Shown one piece after another: positions 23,786-36,185 of a stretch of 64,000 nt of DNA (the stretch's first letter is position 1; every line of letters starts with the position of its first letter). Made by a program: the position numbers and the translations under genes. Below the pieces are notes generated by a model. It saw only the letters and a list, made by a program, of their open reading frames with translations. It ran no database searches and had not been told where the DNA came from. The DNA is taken from assembly GCA_013239625.1 (NCBI GenBank), contig MU054338.1:1614001-1678000 (forward strand), in the 5' to 3' direction. The stretch comes from Lama guanicoe. Taxonomy: Eukaryota.

Positions 23786-24384
23786 ACTGCCCAGTGCTTT
23801 GCAGGCAGAGAGAAATGAGCTCGGACTCTGACCCCTCTGTCCACCAGCCCTGCGCCTTGCTGAATCTCTGCTGCTGAGCCTCAGTTTGCCCACCTATAAA
23901 GTGGGGTTAAGGACCTGCTCCCCGGGGCTCCCACGAGAAATGAGCCGAAGCAGCCAGGCCTGGCACACAGTAGCACCTGATAAGCATCTGCTGGGGCGCC
24001 GAGCGAGGTCAGCAGTGGGCCGGCCGGGTGCCTGGGAGTGGGGCCGGGGCCAGGCTGGAGGAGGCTGACGTCACTGTCACTGCCTGGAGCTCTGTTTCTC
24101 CCTGCTGGCAGGTGATGTGACGCCGGGACCTAATCCCGCAGCACGCGGCCATGTGGCTGCCGCCCGAGCCGCTCCCCTGACACCTGCGCCTGGCTGGGGG
24201 TGGCTCTGTCGTGATCCTCCCCACGTGTGTGTCCCGCAGGACCAGGCACAGGTGGGCCCTGGTCTCCCCATCAGGGAAACGCTCTGTGTACCCTGGCTTC
24301 CCTGCCGGGACGCCTGAGAGGCCCAAGAGCTGGCGACCACTGGGAACCGCCCCTGTTTCGATCATCATTTTGGTCACTGTCATT

Positions 24385-25002
24385 CCTGGCTGGGCTGGGG
24401 TGAGGACCGCGAGGCACCCACCTCGGGCCCAGTATCGGATGGGTGCTGGAAACTCAGTCACGGCGATCACATATTTTCATGTGATAAGAATATATTTTTA
24501 GATGTCAAAATGAATACAGACTATCCATGATGAATCAAATACCAAGCTTTTCATGAGAGACAGGATCTGATAGGGCTGGGATCAGGGCGAGACAATACCT
24601 TTTTTATTTGAATTTTTAATCTCCATCGTGGATTTTCTTGGCATTAATTTTGATTTTTAGGAAATACTGCTATGTTAAGATACGGCATGGCTAAATATAA
24701 AAGAGATCAACAACAGGTTTCCACTGTGCAGCACAGGGAGCTACATCCAATATCCTGTAGTGACTTATGATGAAACAGAACATGAAAAGGAATGTATGTA
24801 GGTACATGGATGGCTGAAACAGTACCCTGTACACGAGAAATCGACCCATTGTTAACTGACACATTGTAACTGCCTATACTACGATAATAATTAAAAAAAT
24901 TAAAAATAAAGATACTACATGGAGATGACTGAGTTTTCCAGTGCCCCTTAAATTTTGCACGGTGGGGAGTGCCCAGCCCTCCTTGCCCTGGGCCGGGTCT
25001 GC
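24385..25002. mobile_element. MER96B-like hAT element split by a younger L1
   Basis: Left end gggtgaggaccgcgaggcacccacctcggg...aaactcagt; right end actgagttttccagtgcccttaaattttgcac... Confidence 0.55.
24675..24910 (+). mobile_element. Camelid/artiodactyl L1 3' end
   Basis: actgtgcagcacagggagctacatccaatatcctgtag...gaaaaggaatgtatg...cattgtaactg followed by an A-tail. Confidence 0.8.
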
Positions 25003-25727
25003 CCCAGGACACTTGCAGGCTGCACAGATCAGAGGTGTGGCATCCTCAGGGGCCAGTGAGGCCCAAGGAGAGTGCAAGCTGGGGCGGGATGACCACTATA
25101 GCTAGTGACCATCCCTGGGTGGGCCTGGCCTGTGTCAGTGCCTGCAGTCCCTGAGGAACTCTTATCCCCATCTCACAAGTATGGGACGTGGAATGACCCC
25201 TCCAGATCACACCCTGGATGGTGGCAGGGGCCCGGGGCCCGGGGACTCAGTCGTGCCGCCACCCACCCCCAGCAGCGGCCGCTGCCACTCAAAGGCCTTC
25301 GGGACTCAGGGAGTGAGTGCCCTGTGCCTGGAGGCATGCAGGTCAGAGCTGAGGGTGCTGGAGGGGAGCTGGAGACTCTGACCCTGCTCGGGCGCGGCTG
25401 ACTCTGGGGCTCTGAGCCATGTGGTTCGCAGAACAGGGTGGGAGCTGTGGGCGAAAGCCCGCCTCGCCCCGCCGGGGCCATGAACAGGGGCTGGAGGGGG
25501 TGCTGGTCATCCCAGGGGTCGTGACGGGAAGCCCCACAGGAAGATTCTAGGGCGAGGGGAGCAGGCCCCTGAGGTGTCTCGGAAGCACATGGTCCTTGAG
25601 CGGTGGGGAGGGAGCCCCAGGGACCTCCGGCTCCTCTCTGATCCAGGGTGCTGCACTCCCAGGGCCAGGGGCACTGGGTCCGTCTCCAGGATCCCCTGGC
25701 TGCTTGGGGCACACGGAGCCCAGAGTG

Positions 25728-26155
25728 CTGTGGGTTCAACCGTGTCTGCCAAAAGATGCATTCAGGTCTTAACCCCTGACACCTGGGAAGTGGGCCTGGT
25801 TTGGAAATAAGGTCACTGAAGATGGACTTAGTTAAGATGAGGTCGCAGTGGGGTCGGGGGTGTTCTTAAATCCCATGATGGTGTCTGCACGGGAAGAATA
25901 GATGGGCACACAGGGAGAGGCCGTGTGAGGACAGAGGCAGAGAGCGGACCGGTGTATCTGCAAGCCAAGGAATGCCAAGGGCTGCTGGGAACGACCGGAT
26001 GCTGGAAGAGGCAGGAAGGACCCTCCCCGGGGCCTCCAGGGCCTGCCTCACCTTGTCTGCGGGCTTCTGGCCTCCACAGCCATGCGAGGCTGCGTGTCTG
26101 TGATTTTAAGCCCCAGTCTGTGGTACTCAGTGACGGTGGTGCCAGGAAGCTACTA
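25728..26155 (+). mobile_element. MLT1B/C MaLR LTR
   Basis: tttggaaataaggtc...gttaagatgaggtc...gcaagccaaggaatgccaagg...tttaagccccagtctgtggtac. Confidence 0.85.
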
Positions 26156-26329
26156 TGGGGTGGGGTGGGGTCCTCTCTCGGCTGCGCTCACCACCTCCAC
26201 AAACCTCCTGTGCCCTCGGGCCTCACGCCTGCTGTCCCTCCAGTCGCCTGCTGTCCCTCCAGTCGTGTGAAGCAGGCGGTCCCCGTTCCACCTGGCATTA
26301 AGAGCCCCGCAGAGAGGAGGCAGTGAAGC

Positions 26330-26750
26330 CGCGGGTCCAGAGCTCAGCCCCGCAGCCCCAGCCCTCCCCTCCCCTCATCAGCGCGCCCACAAAGCGTTCG
26401 AGTCGCAGCCCTGCAACGTCCTCCGCAGAGGAAGGCGCCCGATGCCCTCTCCGCCCCGGTGGGTCGCGGGGTCAGTGGCAGCTCAACCACGCGCTCTTCG
26501 ACGGCCAAGGGGGCCAAGGAGGAAGCCCGCTGGGAACACCTGGCCTGAAGACGAGAATGCCACGTGCAGAACGCCGCCGGATGCGGGACGGCGCGCGCGG
26601 GGGGGGGACCTGGTGCCCTCCCCGCCGCGGGGAGATGAAAGCAGTCCGCCCCGACGTGTCTGGCGGACCGGGGGTTTGAACCCGGGCTTCCTGGCTCGGA
26701 GCCCGGAGTTCTCTTCACGGTGACAAACCCCCGCGTGTCACGTGTGCATG
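26330..26750. promoter_or_regulatory. CpG-rich island just downstream (gene sense) of the 37-nt exon
   Basis: Dense CpG in non-repeat sequence; E-boxes CACGTG near 26561 and 26739. Confidence 0.6.
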
Positions 26751-26829
26751 CAGTACTCTGGCTTGTTTGTTCCTCTTTGGGGAAAAAAAGAGATTCCAAG
26801 CTCATGAAGTAAGATAACAAGCTACATAC

Positions 26830-26866
26830 CTTTTTCAGTTTTTCCAAGAAGCAGCACCGCTTTAAC
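26830..26866 (-). other. GNG7: Probable non-coding 37-nt 5'UTR exon of GNG7
   Basis: Minus strand tttttgtctctctttctaaacAG|GTTAAAGCGGTGCTGCTTCTTGGAAAAACTGAAAAAG|GTATGT. Strong acceptor and donor in unique AT-rich sequence; consistent with GNG7 having short non-coding upstream exons. Confidence 0.75.
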
Positions 26867-28154
26867 CTGTTTAGAAAGAGAGACAAAAATAAATCATGGT
26901 TCAATTTTTTTTAAACTTAATTATCTTCAGCATTTTTTCGGAGAGATACTTGGCTGTCACCAAAAATGTGGCGATGGATTTGGAAACGACCGTGTCCTCC
27001 AGAGAAGCTGGGGGTCTTCCAGAGAATCCCCTTTATTTTTTTACAAGCGATCCATTCCGGAGAGACAACTGTATTGCTTTGGGTGGGGTAAGGGTGGGGA
27101 GTCAAGCTTTCTTCTGGAATTTGTATTATTCCACTTCGGGACCCGGGGACCCCAGGCCTTAAAATGGAACTGAGCCTTGACATGTAACGCTTGGGGTTTT
27201 TCCACGTCTGGTTTTCTGCTTTGATGGAAGCCACGTGCCGGAGCAAAAAAGGGAGAGGCGGAAAATGTAATCTCAGGGCAAAGCCATTAACCTCGAGTGG
27301 AAGAGGTGACAGGCCTACGGGGGCAGGAGGGCAAGGGATCTGAGGCTGGCCGCCCTGGGCCAGGGGGTCGCCAGGAGAGGGAGGAGGTCCCCGCGATGGG
27401 CCCCGGGGATGGGGGGCGGCGGTCGCTCTGGCACTTCGGACCTGCCATTTTCCAGGGGATGGGGCGCCCTGCTCCAAGTGGAGTCCTGGACTAAGCCAAA
27501 CCTCTGATGATCACCACACACAGCACGAAGGCTAACCTGGGGTGTCAGGGGCACCCCGAAACTGAACGCCAGCCTCCACCCTGCTCTCCACGCTGCGCCA
27601 GCTGCCCTGGGGATGCACTGCCCACCCAGGGAGGCACCCACCAAGGCCAGGAGCGAGAGGCGAGCGGTAACCCCGACCCGTCCACACAGCCGGCACCCGC
27701 CTCCCGTTTGTGAAGGAGCAGGCTCCAGGCTCCAGAGGCCTGTCTTTTGTGGTGGGCTACACATTCGGCTTGGCTAGGTGGTGCCTCCGCCTGTGGTCCC
27801 AGGTGGGGCCCCCGCAGCTGCCGGGCCACGGACCGCACTCCAAATCCAGCAGTTAGATGACCCTCGAGTTGGAGGGAGGCCTGTCCTCGGGCCCATCCTG
27901 CTGGGGGCTTGCCCCGGGGAGGGCCGCAGAAGCCGTTGCTCCTGGCCTCACGCCCAGTGCAGGCCAGACTTCCTGAGCTGCGGGTCTGCCGGGGGCGAGG
28001 CTGATTCCCTCTGGCTCCGGAGGTCCTCATGGTCTCCCAAGAGCCAGCCCCTCTTCCTTTGCAAACATGAGCTCTTTCCACAAACCAACGGGGGTTTTTT
28101 CCCACCTGCACAAAGGGACGTGATTTGCTGCCACTCCTGAGATCAGTCCAGAGA

Positions 28155-28350
28155 CCAGGACTTCTCCCTGCTGGCAGTGCTGACAGTGGCCCCCTGCGGG
28201 GGCCGTCCCGGGCACTGGGGGGTGTGGAGCAGAATCCCTGGTCCCTACTCACGCGATGCCAGGAGCAGCCCTAGTCGTGACGACCACATATGTCCCCAGA
28301 CACTGCCCAGTGTCCTCTGGGGGCAGAACCACCCCCAGGTGAGACCCCTG
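28155..28350 (-). mobile_element. MER20
   Basis: ggggccgtcccgggcactgg...agtcgtgacgaccacatatgtccccagaca. Confidence 0.85.
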
Positions 28351-28644
28351 TCCGAAGGAAGTGCTGGAAGAGACACAGGCCCAGGAGTAAGGCACCCAGT
28401 GAGGAGAGAGCCCCTGCCCCAGCCCTCTTCGGCCGGTGGACCCCAACTCCTATTGAAGACGCCCTGGGCCCCTGTGGCCTGGCGGGGAGACAGACCTCCC
28501 TGGGTGGGGTGCCGGGGTGGGGGGGTGTCTCACCATCAGCCCCTCCTCCCTGCGGGGGCGGGCCCCTGAGAGTGTGCTGAGCCCGCCTGCGGGCGACAGC
28601 AGGCCTGCGTGGGAACCGCGGCGGGGGTGTTATTTAGGGTCGGG

Positions 28645-29170
28645 CCTCCGGAGCTGCGGAGTCTGTATTCGGGAATTCACCTACTGGCTAGAATTTATTT
28701 GTCACCCCAAATTGATACTCGGGGGGGTGCAGGCATCTGGGGACACATGCAGAGCAGTGACACATCTGAGTCACCGACAAGCAGGTTCCCAGCTGCGGTG
28801 GAACAGGCGGCTCTCTGCCTTCTAAACCAGGGTCCTTTCCACTATTTAAGACCACTTTTGTTGTTGCTGCTGCATGTTTTGCTTTTTGATGGGTGACTCT
28901 GTATCTGAGATGCCCCCCAAGTGCTGGCTGGTGTCCCAAGCCCAAGAAGGCCTTTTGAGGAGAAAGTACACGTGCTACATGAGCTTCGTTCAGGCGGGAG
29001 TCATAGCCCCGTGGGCTGTGAGCTCAGCGTCAGTGAATCCACAACATATGTCAACTAAGGTGTCTTTAAACAGAAACTCACATCCTGCGACGTGTTGATC
29101 AGTTGACAGAAATGCGCCCAGAGGCTCACGGGAGCATGACTCCACGTGTCCCCAGGAGCAGCGTGTACCA
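28645..29170. mobile_element. Tigger4 (Zombi) DNA transposon fragment
   Basis: gaattcacctactggctagaatttatttgtcaccccaaattgatactc and aaggtgtctttaaacagaaac match the recalled Tigger4 consensus. Confidence 0.7.
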
Positions 29171-29430
29171 TAATTTATATTGTTATTATTAGTATTATGT
29201 GGTATATAGTTGTCCTCTATGGGGTGTTTCAGTTGTTCCAGATTCCTTCCCACCTTTAAAATAATTGTACCACAAAAGTCCACGCACATAAAGCAGACAT
29301 CCATGCACAGGAAACCGTGTATGCCTCTTTCTTTTTTTCCCTGAAGACGACCTCCGTAGTGTAAACCCTGAATTTAAAGGTATAGAGGACTGGATCCAAC
29401 TTCCAGCTCAACCTTCAAAAAGACTGCAAA

Positions 29431-29564
29431 GAGAGGAGGGTGGAGCTCAGCGGCAGAGCGCGTGCTTAGCATGCACGGGGTCCTGGGTTCCACCCTGTCC
29501 CTCCATTAAGTAAGTAAATAAATAAGCTTGATTACCTGCCCCCGCCAAAAAAAGGCCAAAGCAG
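29431..29564 (+). mobile_element. Camelid tRNA-derived SINE (Vic-1 type)
   Basis: agctcagcggcagagcgcgtgcttagcatgcacggggtcctgggttc; TSD aaagactgca at 29419-29428 and 29565-29574. Confidence 0.9.
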
Positions 29565-30239
29565 AAAGACTGCAGCCCAGTCCCACTGGCACCACTGAGG
29601 CACCCCCACCAGCCCTGGGAACCAAGCTTTGTGGTTCTTGGGTCCAACACCTGTTACGCAGAGATCATGCCTTTTAAAAGCGTGTACTTCCGTGTCACCA
29701 CCACCTGCGTCAAGACACAACATTTCCATGACTCCGGAAGGCAGCGCTCGGCCCCCTCCTGGAGGGAGTCACTGTTCCGATGGAACTGTTTATTGCGATG
29801 GTCAGCATCATTTTCATTGTCCTCATCAGCCTGACTTTCACTCCTGAAGACGGGAAAGCGGGGACAGAGTCTGACAACAGGACGAGATGTTTAGGTGAGA
29901 AGGAAGAACTGCCTAAAAATTCTAGAAGTTTCTGGGGGAAGACAGCCAGCCTGCATCTGCTCAGAGGGGTGGAGAAGTCAGTCTTCCTGGCCCCAGGTGC
30001 AGGGAGGGGACTTTGTGTGAGCTCCAGGCCCTGGCTCGGGGCACTTGACTGGACGTCTGCCCACTGGCTCTCTGAACCTGGATGCCCCGTCTGTAACACA
30101 AGGACCCACGGCATCGCTCTGGGGGTCGTGGCGAGGCCCAGAGGAGGCCAACATGGTGGCTTAGCGGTGCCGCGGAAGTCACCCATCGATCTACAGCGAC
30201 AGTGATAAAGATAACACGACGGATGTAACCTACAACACA

Positions 30240-30897
30240 TAGGCACGCCTCGTTTCGCCGCGCTTTGCAGGTACCGAGGTGTTTTGGGGTTTTTTTTACA
30301 GATTGCAGGTTTGTCGCGACACGTTTTGCAAGGAATAAAGGGTGTGCTGCTGTGCACTGAACGCAGAACATGGATCTGGGGACGGGGTCTCCTCCTGGTG
30401 GGGATGCGGTGGAGACTACCGAGAGGAGCACAGGGGCTGAGAGCGCCGCCCGGCCCGGAGGACAGAGCCGGCTGTGAAGGGAGCGCCCTGCGGGCACAGT
30501 GCCTCCACCAGCCGCCCCGCTGCGGGGGTGGGGGGGGGACGCCGCGAGGGCAGGAGCCGTCCTCGGTCGGCAGGCTTCACTGCCGCCTGCGAGAACGCGC
30601 GGGGTCACCCCATCGGCACCTTGCAGGCGGGGCTCCCACTCCTCCCCAGCCAAAGCTGACTGGCTGGAGGCTCTGATGATGGCTAGTGTTTCTTAGTAGT
30701 GAAGTGGGTTTAAGTAAGGCACGTACTTTTTTAAGAAGATAATGCTACTATTGCGCCTTCAACAGAGTACAGTCTAGTGTGAGCAGAAGTTTTACACTCC
30801 CTGGGAAACCGAGTGTCCATGTGACCCGCTTTACTGTGACACTCGCTTTAGTGCAGTGGCCTGGACCCAAGCCCGCAGCGTCCATGAGGTCAGCCCG
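30240..30897 (+). mobile_element. Tigger1 internally deleted copy (both termini plus transposase C-terminal region)
   Basis: Left end aggcacgcctcgttt...tttttacagattgcaggtttgt; right end ataatgcta...ctgggaaacc...tgtgacccgcttta...gaggtcagcccg. Confidence 0.8.
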
Positions 30898-31189
30898 CAC
30901 AGCCACACGGAAGGGGCCCGGCAGGCAGAAGCGGGCGCTGCCTGGACTGGGGTCGCCTGGGGGGGGGTGGGGACATCCATCATGTTTGTGACAGGTCAGA
31001 AGTTGAAGTTCCCTTCTTTCTCCTGAGGAAGGGGTTACGACTGCTTTGCATACCCGGCTGGCAGGGGCCCTGCTGCTCTGAAGACACGTGCTCATCCAGC
31101 GCTCACCTGTGAGACAGAGGGAGGAGAGTTCCAGAAGCCCTGGCTCCCTGACTCTGCCTGTTCGTGAGCAAGGTCCTGGGTAGGGGTCG

Positions 31190-31193
31190 TGTG

Positions 31194-31227
<34 letters not shown>
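31190..31227. repeat. (TG)n microsatellite
   Basis: Directly visible. Confidence 0.95.
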
Positions 31228-31249
31228 ATTGGGTGAGCGGGTCACTAGA

Positions 31250-31418
31250 GCAGGGGGCCTCTCCTGGGGCCACACCTGGGGACATCTGTGGCTGTCACAC
31301 TGGGGTGGTCCTGGCATTGAGTGGGTGGGGCCAAGGACGCTGTTCAACACCCCACAGTGTCCGGGACAGCCCCCAGAGGATGACAGTGTCAGCAGCGCGG
31401 GTGGGGGAGACCCGGCCC
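31250..31418 (+). mobile_element. MER20
   Basis: ctggggacatctgtggctgtcacactgggg...cctggcattgagtgggtggggcc. Confidence 0.8.
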
Positions 31419-32034
31419 TGGTCCCTGCACGACCGTCAGTGTGATGAGCAGGGGCCACCCTCTGTGCCCAGGACTCCTGGCTCCCGGCCTCCGGCTCCAC
31501 CTCTGGGTGCCCTGGCCAGCGCTCTCCTCCTGCCATTCTCAGCTCAGCTGCTCAACCACCCAGGGCCTCTTCTAGAAGGATTCAAAAATAGATCATCTGC
31601 CCCCCCCCCAAGTCTCAGAAATGCCTGAGGCAGCCGCCTGGGCAGGGAGAGAAACCGGAAGTGCTTCTTTCTGAATTTCGGCAGCTCTTCTGGGCAGGCG
31701 GGAGGGGTAATCCCCTTCCTCAGGCAGTTCTCTTAGAAATCTCTCCGCGTCCTGCTTCTCAGAACGAAACTGGGCTCCCGGGCGAGCATTCATGCCCTCC
31801 GCCCACTCGGGGCTTTGCAGCAAAAATCCAACGGATTTGGAAGGTTCACATCAGAGCTGGGACCCTGAGGTTCCGTGACACCACAGAGCGGCTGCCACCG
31901 CCCTTCCTTGTGCCCTCAGCCAGTCCTTGGCCCAACAGGGGGGCTCAACTTGGCACAGCTGCAGAGAGACACATCTATAGCTGACTTAAAAATGACAAAT
32001 AAATATTATAAATATGTATTTTCAGTAAAAAACT

Positions 32035-32248
32035 AGCCTCACTTTCAGTATTTACAACATTGGGGCCTGGGTCACTCGGGGGAGGGGGCGTCCTGGGCAC
32101 TGGGCGGTGTTGGGGCAGCACCCCTGACCCCCACCCACTCGATGCCAGGAGCTCCCCTGTCCTGACAACCACAGACGTCCCCAGGCACGGCCCAGTGTCC
32201 CCTGGGGGGTGCAGAGTCACCCGCACCCTCGTTCCACTGAGAACCCCT
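32035..32248 (-). mobile_element. MER20
   Basis: cccacccactcgatgccaggagc...tgacaaccacagacgtcccc...ctgagaacccctg terminus. Confidence 0.85.
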
Positions 32249-32524
32249 GCCCTAGAAGTACTGAGTTGCATCTTGGATCCCTTCAGTGCATTTGAAGCAG
32301 GAATTTTTAATATAACTGTGTACTCTCAGCTTACTTTTAAAAAATGTATTTGTATTGAGAAACAATGGACACACAACCCTGTGTGAGCTTCCGGGGTTGA
32401 TGTGTCGGTGCGATACCTTTACTTATTGCAACGTGATCACCACCTGCATGACGGAACACTTCCACTGACCCTCCCACCCTCCCCGGCCCGAAGAGGATTT
32501 GACTGCTGCCTTTGTAAGAAACCA

Positions 32525-32815
32525 CTTTTGACTGGTGTCTTTATAAGAAAGCGTTGGGGGAGATTTGATACTGAGACCCTCAGGGAGAGGCCATGTGAAG
32601 ACCAGGCGGAGACTGGGGTGACAGGGCCACGTGCCCAGGGTGCCGCTGCCCCCAGAAGCCAGAAGAGGCAGGAAGGGTCCCCCTCTGGAGCCTCTAGAGG
32701 GGGCGCCGGCTTGTGACACCTTGAATTTGGACTTCCAGCCTGCAGAATGTGACAGAGTAAACTTCTGTTTTAAGGCATGCAGTTTGTGTTCCTTCGTAAC
32801 AGCAGCCCCGGGAAA
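32525..32815 (+). mobile_element. MLT1B MaLR LTR (3' part)
   Basis: gactggtgtctttataagaa...gacaccttgaatttggacttccagcct...cgtaacagcagccc. Confidence 0.85.
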
Positions 32816-33454
32816 GTAAAAAGTAGAATAAAGTAAAATAAGATTGTCCCCAGGCGCACGTCCCTGCAGCTGTGACAGCTGACCTCACCTGAGTGAGAAG
32901 GGCCCCCTCCTGCTTCGGAGGGGTGGGCCCTGGGCACTGGCGGGGATGCGGGAAAGGCACGCTCAGCCCCTGCATGGCGCCTGCACCTTGCAGGGCTGAG
33001 AAACCCGTGCCGTTTGCGTCGGGGAGAGGGTCTGTTGGTTCTCTGCATCTAGGACTAAATCCATGAGAACCGCAGACTTTTGAGATTAGGAACCAGTTAG
33101 CTCGCGGTTCCCAAACCTTGGAACCCCCTGGGGGAGAACTGAGGCCGCTGGCGTAGGTGTGACCTGCTGGAGAGGTCCTGGGCAATTCCACTGGGCAACC
33201 AAGGGTGGGACCCCAAGCGAGGCCAGCCCGCAGCTACAGGAAAGGGAGGCCCAGAGGTTCCACGTGCTCAGTGCTCCTGGATGGTGGGGGAGGAACGTGT
33301 CCCAGTGTTTAGTGATGGCAGGAAACAGAAATAAAAGGTCAAGTTCCTGCCCTTGGGGACCTTTCTATGCAGTGGGAGGAGCGGGGAAAGGAGGGTGCTT
33401 AAGATGGATAGACATCACAGTACATCACAGAAGTACCGCATAATAAATACATTT

Positions 33455-33645
33455 TTTTTTTCTATAAAAGGCTAGATAGTAAATATTTCAGTTTGGTGGG
33501 TCGTAGTCTCTCGGGCAAAGCCTCAACTCAGCAGCCACAGACAACACATAACGGATGAGTGGCGTGCCAATAAAACTTTATTTGCAACAACAGGCCGAGG
33601 GCCAGATTCAACCCCCTCTGCCCGGCTGTAGTTTGCAGAACCCGG
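33455..33645 (+). mobile_element. MER58A
   Basis: aaaggctagatagtaaatattt...gccaataaaactttattt...gtagtttgcagaaccc. Confidence 0.8.
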
Positions 33646-33679
33646 AGCCAGGGAGATGAACCGCCTCTGACCTTAAGGA

Positions 33680-33870
33680 ACCGCAGTTCCTCAAAAGGTT
33701 AAAATAGAATTACCACCTGCCCCTGTGATTGCACTCCTAGGTCTGCACCCAGGAGACATGCAAATACATGTCCACACAGAAAGGTATGCACTAATGTTTA
33801 CAGCAGCACCGTCCACAATAGGCAAAACGTGGACATGAGCCAACTGTCCTTCCAACAAAGTGTGGTATAA

Positions 33871-33924
<54 letters not shown>

Positions 33925-34282
33925 AATGGAATATTACGCAGCCATGAAAAGGAGAGCAGTGCTGACACCCACCACCACGTGGACAGACACTGAGAGCATG
34001 ATGCTCAGTGAGAGGAGCAGACACAGAAGGACCCACAGTGTGTGACTCCATGGATGTGAAACATCCAGAACAGACCAGTCCACAGACACAGAGAGGGGAT
34101 TCCTGGTTGTCAGGGGCTGGGGAGGTAGAATAGGGTACAGGGTTATTTTGGGGGCTGTGAAAGCATTCTGGAAATTGATAGTGACGATAATGATACAACC
34201 TTGTGAATGTACCAAAAGCACTGAATTGTATACTTTAAATGGGTGAATTTTATGGTATGTGAATTATAGCTCAATTTTTTTT
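33680..34282 (+). mobile_element. L1MB 3' end containing a (TA)n(TG)n microsatellite at 33873-33924
   Basis: cagttcctcaaaaggttaaaatagaattacc...tatactttaaatgggtgaattttatggtatgtgaatta. Confidence 0.85.
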
Positions 34283-34291
34283 AAAGGAGTT

Positions 34292-34458
34292 GCGGGGTAA
34301 GGTATAGCTCAAGTGGTAGAGTGTGTGCTTAGCAAGCACGAAGTCCTGGGTTCGATCCCCAGTATCTCTTCTAAAACTAAATAAACCTAATTACCTACCC
34401 CCCTAAAATAAAATAATTAAATAATACAATAATAAATAAATAAATAAAAATTTTTTAA
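34292..34458 (+). mobile_element. Camelid tRNA-derived SINE (Vic-1 type)
   Basis: gtatagctcaagtggtagagtgtgtgcttagcaagcacgaagtcctgggttcgatcccc...aacctaattacc; TSD aaaggagtt. Confidence 0.92.
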
Positions 34459-35489
34459 AAAGGAGTTAACTATGAGAGGCTTCCTACAGTAGACAGCGTC
34501 GGTGCCCAGAGCTGGAAGGTGGGTAAACCCTGGGTGGAGGCCCCGCGGGAGGTCCTGACTGCCTGGTACCCAGAGTCCAGGCCAGGATGTGGGTGGTCAG
34601 AATGGAGTGGACAGGGGACCAGAGCCAGGCGTGGTAAAAAATGGACGTGCCTGCCATGTGGAGAGTCTGGGCCTCTTCCTGGGGCTGAAGGAAGTTTCCA
34701 GGCCAGCAGGAATGTGTTCAGAGTGGAAAGGATGAAAGCAGGGCCTCACTATGATTTTTGACGTCCCTCTCTGTAAAAAAAATATGAAACATACGCTATG
34801 ACCACATAAGTGTAAAGACGGACGCTCTCCAGTCTGGACCATTGTACTCAGGGTTTTCTTCTGATGTTAAAAGAAATGAAAGCTCTCCCGCGGGCTTCAT
34901 GGGTACCCAGCCCTGGGACCAGGTGGAGACCAGGAGGGGTTCAGTAGCCCGGATGAGAACCCTGAGAGGGGTGAGGATGTAGGCTGCGATGGGAATGGAA
35001 AGGAATTTAAGTGGTTGAGACGTGGGGAGGGATCAAGGATGACCTGAGGTTCAGGGGGCCCCCCCTGCATCCAAACCGAAGAGCAGGTGTAGGGGAGGGG
35101 AAGAGGTGGGGCCGAGACTGGAGAGCTGGTGAGGCCAACACCAGACACATCCTTTTTTCTGAGAAGTCACTGTAACCAGAGGAGCAAGCCCGGGCTGCAA
35201 CCAGACCTTGCCTTCTCCGTGACCTGGCACCCAGCCCAGCCACCTCCGATGCTCGGAGTCCCGCTTCTGAGAGGGTGGCGGGGCCCCAGAGACACAGGCC
35301 CCCGGCCTCTGTGGAACGTGCTTGGTTTGGGAGCGATGCTTCCTGGTGACCCTCTGTGGTCTTTCCTGGCCCTCCTCCAGCCCAGGCCCCGTTGCCCTTG
35401 ACCAGCAGGGCATCTGCTCCTCCACGCTTACTGGGCTTGAGGACTTCTCTCCAAACTCTGAGCAGACACGGGGAGGAACCAAAGCTTAT

Positions 35490-35850
35490 CTGGAAATAGG
35501 ATTGTTGCAGGAGTAATTAGTCAAGGTGAGGTTATACTGGAGCTCGAGGTAGGGGCCCTAGTCCAACATGACTGGTGCCCTTGTAAAACGGGGACATTTG
35601 GACACAAACATGCACACAACGAGAAGGCCACGTGAAGACAGAGGCAGAGGTCGGGGAGGTGTGACAGGCCAAGGACTGCTGGCCACACCAGGAGTGGGGA
35701 GAGGGCCCGGGACAGATCCTCCCTCGCAGCCTCAGAAGGACTGGCTCTCACAACACCTGGATCTTGGGTTTCTGGTCTCCAGAGCTGGGAGGGGACACAT
35801 TTCTGTTGTGCGGTGCTTTGTTACAGCCACCCTGGGGACTTGCACATACC
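35490..35850 (+). mobile_element. MLT1B/C MaLR LTR
   Basis: ctggaaatagg...ccctagtccaacatgactggtgccc...gtgctttgttacagcc. Confidence 0.8.
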
Positions 35851-36006
35851 CCGGGGTGTTGGCTTGGTCTGGCTCTGGGGGCGGGGGAAGGGTTGGCGAC
35901 AAGGGAGCAGAATTTGGGCCTCGGCGACCCCTTGCCCCAGTGGCTCCCTCCCCTGAGTCCCTCCACCCCCACCCCCTCACTAAAGGCCTGGAGAGAGGTT
36001 ATAAAG

Positions 36007-36185
36007 CAGGGCCGGCAAACGTCTCCTGCAAGGCTGTGGGCAGCCAGTCACGTCACTGCTGCGGCAGGAAAGCAGGAGATGCTATGCAAATGGGGAGCTC
36101 TGCCGGGTGCCAATAAAACGTCATCTACAAGACACGCTGTCACCACGGGTCATGGTTTGCAGCCTGTGGTCTGGAAGCTCCAGGA
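36007..36185 (+). mobile_element. MER58A
   Basis: cagggccggcaaac...tgccaataaaac. Confidence 0.6.

Noticed and set aside
34292..34365. tRNA-Ala-like sequences here and at 4395, 29435, 51545, 54015 and 60080
   Set aside because: Each is followed by the SINE A-rich tail, most with TSDs, and the acceptor stems are degenerate. These are SINE heads, not tRNA genes.
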